A stretch of DNA of 64,000 nucleotides from Azolla caroliniana (Eukaryota; Plantae; Polypodiophyta): NCBI GenBank assembly GCA_043228905.1, contig JBHGNT010000011.1, positions 11,222,001 through 11,286,000 of the forward strand. The letters run 5' to 3'. The translations under genes and the position numbers were made by a program. The notes below the pieces were generated by a model. It did no database searches and was not told where the DNA came from. It worked only from the letters and a program-made list of their open reading frames with translations. Positions 59,981 to 64,000 of the stretch are shown in pieces (positions within the stretch are counted from its first letter, which is position 1; each line of letters begins with the position of its first letter).

Positions 59981-62750
59981 TATAAAAGTAAATATGCGAA
60001 AGCTAAGACAACCGGCTCAACCGGATAGCAACAAAATACAGACACAGGTTTAATGGAAACCTTACACGGGAGAGACAGAGAGAGCATAACACAACTCTAT
60101 TTCAAAATAATAATTCTCTGTACTACTCTGTACATACAATGTGCTCAATGAGCACTTTTATACAAGTCCTTACATGGACTGACATAATTATTGACATGTA
60201 CTTCAATGCTCATACGAGCGACTGACACTGACTCCCGAAAATATGCCTACGTACTAGGCTAGATCCGTAGGCCTCTAACGGCCTACCGGTTACAATCCGG
60301 TTCGTCTCTCCGATCCGGCTCTTGGTTCTAGATACCGATCCAGACACCGATCCGGTTCTTTGTTCCGAACTCCGATCCGGCTCTGGCTTATTCAGCCAAT
60401 CTGGATCCGGTTGAGCTTGTCTGCTCAACAGTCCCTGTCAAGCTCAACTTGAGATTGGATCGTAGTGTCAGTGTTAGTGGTAGCCGATCCTCTCCTCAGG
60501 CTCTTCATGGCATCCTCCTGCCTTGCTTGCGCTCCTCGAACCGTCCGGTTTCGCTTTCCACAACCCGTCCAGTCCCGCGCATGTTGACCTTCTCGGTCGG
60601 CTTGTTTGCTCATAAGGCCCATCTCAGCTCCTTTGTTGTTGTGACTTCATCGCTTCTCGACCCGTCGGTTCCTCCGTGTCAGTGTCGACTTCAACTGCCT
60701 TCTTGTCCATTTGGCTTTTAGTTGATCTGGCTCCTCCGAATCAAGCACTGCTTCCGAATCGGGTGACTCCGACTCATTCCAGCACTTCTCTGAATTGGTT
60801 GTCTCCAATTCTTCCTCAATCTCCAGACCCTTCATGACATCGGCCCATGTCCGTGTCTCAGTCTTTTCGGCTTTGCCTCCCCCTTTTTCGGTTGGCCCCA
60901 ACTTGGGTTCTTCGTTTCGGTGGCTCCCCCTATGTACGGTCTCAACTTCTTCAGCCGTCCCATGCACTCCGACTTCTTCAGTTGGGCCGAAGTCGAGATG
61001 GGTTTCTAACTTGGCTTTACGATCGTCTTTCTCATTCCTCCTTTCACTCCTCCCCCTCAAGTTCCGCATATCGAGGTACTGCGCACCCAATGCACCGGAA
61101 AATTGCCACAACTTTAGTGCACCTCGGTGTGCTTAGTCCGAACGTGAAAGATGGGGTTCTTTGCCAACTTGATGCTGCTGAGGTTGTCGTAATAGATCAT
61201 CATCGGATCTAACACCTCCACTCCTAGATCCTTCAGAAGTTTCTTGAGCCATATGGCTTCGCATGTCGCGACAACCGCTCCTCGATACTCGGCCTCGGTG
61301 CTTGACAGTGCTACTATCGGCTGTTTCTTAATGCTCTAGGTGACTGCGGCGCTTCCAAGTGAGAACACATATCTGGATGTGAACCTAGGATCGCCGACAT
61401 TTCTGGCCCAATCGGCATCTGTGTAGCCGACAAGCTGTCCGGCTACACCGGTCCGATACAACAACCCCCTATCCTTAGTGCTGCTTACGTACCTCAATAT
61501 TCGGTGTGTGCACTAAAGGTGTTCCATGATTGGATGCGTCATGAATTGACTAATCAATCCAACCAGATAACTGAGGTCCGACCGGGTGATGGTCAAATAT
61601 ATAAGGCCTCCGACGATCTGTTGGAACCGTTTCGGGTCGCATGCCGTTCTAGAGCTGGGGCGAAGCTTCACATTCCGGTCCAGAGGGGTCGAGATGGATT
61701 TGCATTCTGTCATGCCGAATTTGAAGAGCATACTCAACACATAATGCTGCTGTCTAATCAGTATGCCTTCGGGGTTGCAGATCACTTCGATCCCAAGGAA
61801 GTAATGAAGGTCACCGAGATCCTTCATATCAAACGATGCTATAAGTTGGGATTTGACGCAACCGATTTCGTCCAAGTCGGCGCCGGTGATGACTAAATCA
61901 ACATAAAGTAAAATACTAACCGGCCTATTCCAACCTTGCCGAATGAAGAGAGAAGAGTTCGATTTCGATGGAGCAAACCCCATCCGACGCAGTCTCTGCG
62001 TGATGTTCGCGTTCCAGGCACGTGGGGCTTGCTTGAGTCCGTAGAGGGACTTCTTCAATTGGCACACAACCAATGTGTTCACTTCGGACTGAAATCCGGG
62101 GGGCCGAACCATATACACATGTGCCTCAAGATCACCTTGCAGGAACACATTTTTCACATCCATCTGATGTAGATGCCACCCCTTCGCCACTGCCACCGCA
62201 AGCAAGACATAGATGGTCATCATCTTCACGACGGACGCGAACATCTCATCATAATCAATGCATGTTGCTGCGCGTAGCCCTTGGCCACTAATTGGGCCTT
62301 GTATTGGTTGATGGAGCCGTCAGTGTTGTATTTGACCTTGTATACCCACCAACAACCGATCGACTACACTCCTTCGGTACGTCCACTAAGTCCTGCCTCT
62401 CATTTTCCGTGAGTGCATGCATCTCTTCCTCCATAGCAGCACACCAATTTGCGTCCTTTGCCGCTTCTGCTTAGTTCTCTGGCTGACGCACTATTGCCAC
62501 CTTCACCATGTACGCATAATGATGCGCCATATACTAATTGTACCCATAGCTCTTCTTGGGGTTTTGCTGGTGGGTGGATCAACACAATTCTTGATTCGCC
62601 GATTTTGCGGCCCTCTTGGCCAACACAAACTTCTCTTTCGTAGGTCCATCTCTGTTTTATCCGGAGTTGAATTCGCTGAGGTCCGACTCATCTATGCCAA
62701 CATCGTACTCCGACATCTTCTTCTTCCTCTTTTCTTTGCCCGTGAACCGT
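59981..62750 (-). mobile_element. Ty1/copia retrotransposon, 3' half (RT, RNase H, extra region, 3' LTR about 59981-60430), degenerate
   Basis: HQMDVKNVFLQG, LKKSLYGLKQAPRAW, LLYVD, MKDLGDLHYFLGIEV, GYTDADW, LSSTEAEY, NPIFH.RTKH. LTR starts TGTTG on minus at 60430. Cut at 62750 by the Trp-primed element. Confidence 0.9.
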
Positions 62751-64000
62751 TGTCGTAGTGTAGGTTGCACACTATGTGGAAATTATATTTTTGTTCCTCC
62801 GGATAGAGAATGGAGTGCTCGGTGAGAACCGGAAGAAAATGGCATACTGGCAAGGAAGAGCCGGATAAAGAGACATAAATGTAAAAAAAAAAAGGGAAAT
62901 ACTCACTACTGCTCAAGGCGTGATTCGAACTCTGCACCTCCACGTTGACAAACCCCAACCTTACCATTACATTAACTTATCTTAAGTGTTTTAAATATAG
63001 ATTTAATACGTATAAGACCTTTATTTATGCATACCTTTATTAAAAGGTAAATCGTGTATTTTTTAATATATGAAAAAGAAAAAACACGAGACACTAAAAA
63101 TAACTCATGCACATCTAGCGTGCATGAGCCCTATACTTAGGAAATAAAAAAGCATCACATGCACATTTAGTGGACATGAACACTTTTTGTAAAAAAAAAA
63201 ACATGAAGCCATGCTTAGCTCTTCTTTCCTTATATAAGGAGGAGAGAAATATGTAAAGGGTTGTTGATTATTTGGATTAAGTATTAATTAATACAAAAAT
63301 TATTCGTGGGATTCACGATTTATACATCTACTTCTCTCTTAACACCCTAAGTACCAATTAATATAGTATACTCGTGTGATTCACGAGTTTCTTATCTTTC
63401 TCTTTGCTATTTACTCATAATTAATCTCTATCTCACGAACTTCTTTCTCCTAGTCCAAGACCTCTGTGGTTCCCACCCGACTCACGCAACGATCCGGAGC
63501 CGAAAGGCACGACACAGTTGGTGAACCCGACGTGAAGACGGGTGGCAAGGAGATGGAGGCTCAACAAGCTAACAATATGATGGCGATGTTCGAACGGATG
63601 CTTCAAGAACAACGCACGATGTCAGAGATTTCGGCATCAGTAGAGCGGCTCGTGCAACGCAACGAGCAATTTAATGGTAAGGATGTGTCGCGATATTTGC
63701 AGAACTACAAGGCGGAGATGCTCCGGTGCCGGGCTTCGGAAGGACTGCAAGTGACATCCTTTAACCGGGTGGCGACCGACGGGCTTCAAGGGAGTATCCA
63801 CGGGTTGGAACAACAAAATCCGACGTGGGAAGCATTCGAAGAGGCGTTAAAGACCACGTTTGCCATCGAGGACTCCTCCAAGGCAACGCGGAGGGGATTC
63901 GAGGATTGGGTGGAAACGTCAGGTAAGGGGCTGAAGGTCCTCGAAGTGTTTTCGACATTCGAAAGTCGGTTCGGGAGGTTGTCCGCGAGAGATCAAACTA
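62751..64000 (+). mobile_element. Second tRNA-Trp-primed LTR retrotransposon (5' LTR 62751-63514, PBS 63519-63536, gag), runs off the right edge
   Basis: TGTCGT...ACGACA LTR whose last ~47 bp are identical to the U5 end of the 35407 element. PBS tggtgaacccgacgtgaa. Left flank CCGT. Confidence 0.92.
63553..64000 (+). CDS. Gag N-terminus (open to the window end)
   Basis: MEAQQANNMMAMFERMLQEQRTMSEISASVERLVQRNEQFNGKDVSRYLQNYKAEMLRC... with no stop; homologous to the 36549-38054 ORF. Confidence 0.85.
   Translation, partial: MEAQQANNMMAMFERMLQEQRTMSEISASVERLVQRNEQFNGKDVSRYLQNYKAEMLRCRASEGLQVTSFNRVATDGLQGSIHGLEQQNPTWEAFEEALKTTFAIEDSSKATRRGFEDWVETSGKGLKVLEVFSTFESRFGRLSARDQT

Overview
AT-rich eukaryotic nuclear DNA with GT-AG introns, most likely from a non-seed land plant (bryophyte, lycophyte or fern; inferred from the TE families). 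There are three spliced host genes. (1) The 5' half of an ABCA-subfamily ABC transporter (minus strand, 21763 to at least 6717, running off the left edge), whose introns are packed with RTE-X-like LINE copies. (2) A complete 4-exon BI-1/LIFEGUARD gene (minus, 26334-28641). (3) A 13-exon gene of about 1247 aa with an N-terminal FYR domain and a C-terminal WD40 propeller resembling PALB2 (plus, 47513-56109). Between genes 2 and 3 lies an 18-kb nested TE island: a hAT element, several solo LTRs, a very young gag-only LTR element, chromovirus remnants and a Pack-MULE carrying a fasciclin-like AGP pseudogene. A Copia element interrupted by another LTR element occupies the right end. The most striking signal is a group of TGTCGT-ended LTR elements. 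Two of them have a tRNA-Trp primer site and a tRNA-like Pol III A/B-box cassette in the LTR. All four insertions sit at a 4-bp CpG-centred target (CCGT/ACGG/RCGT). All calls were made by eye, and family assignments rest on recalled motifs rather than database searches.
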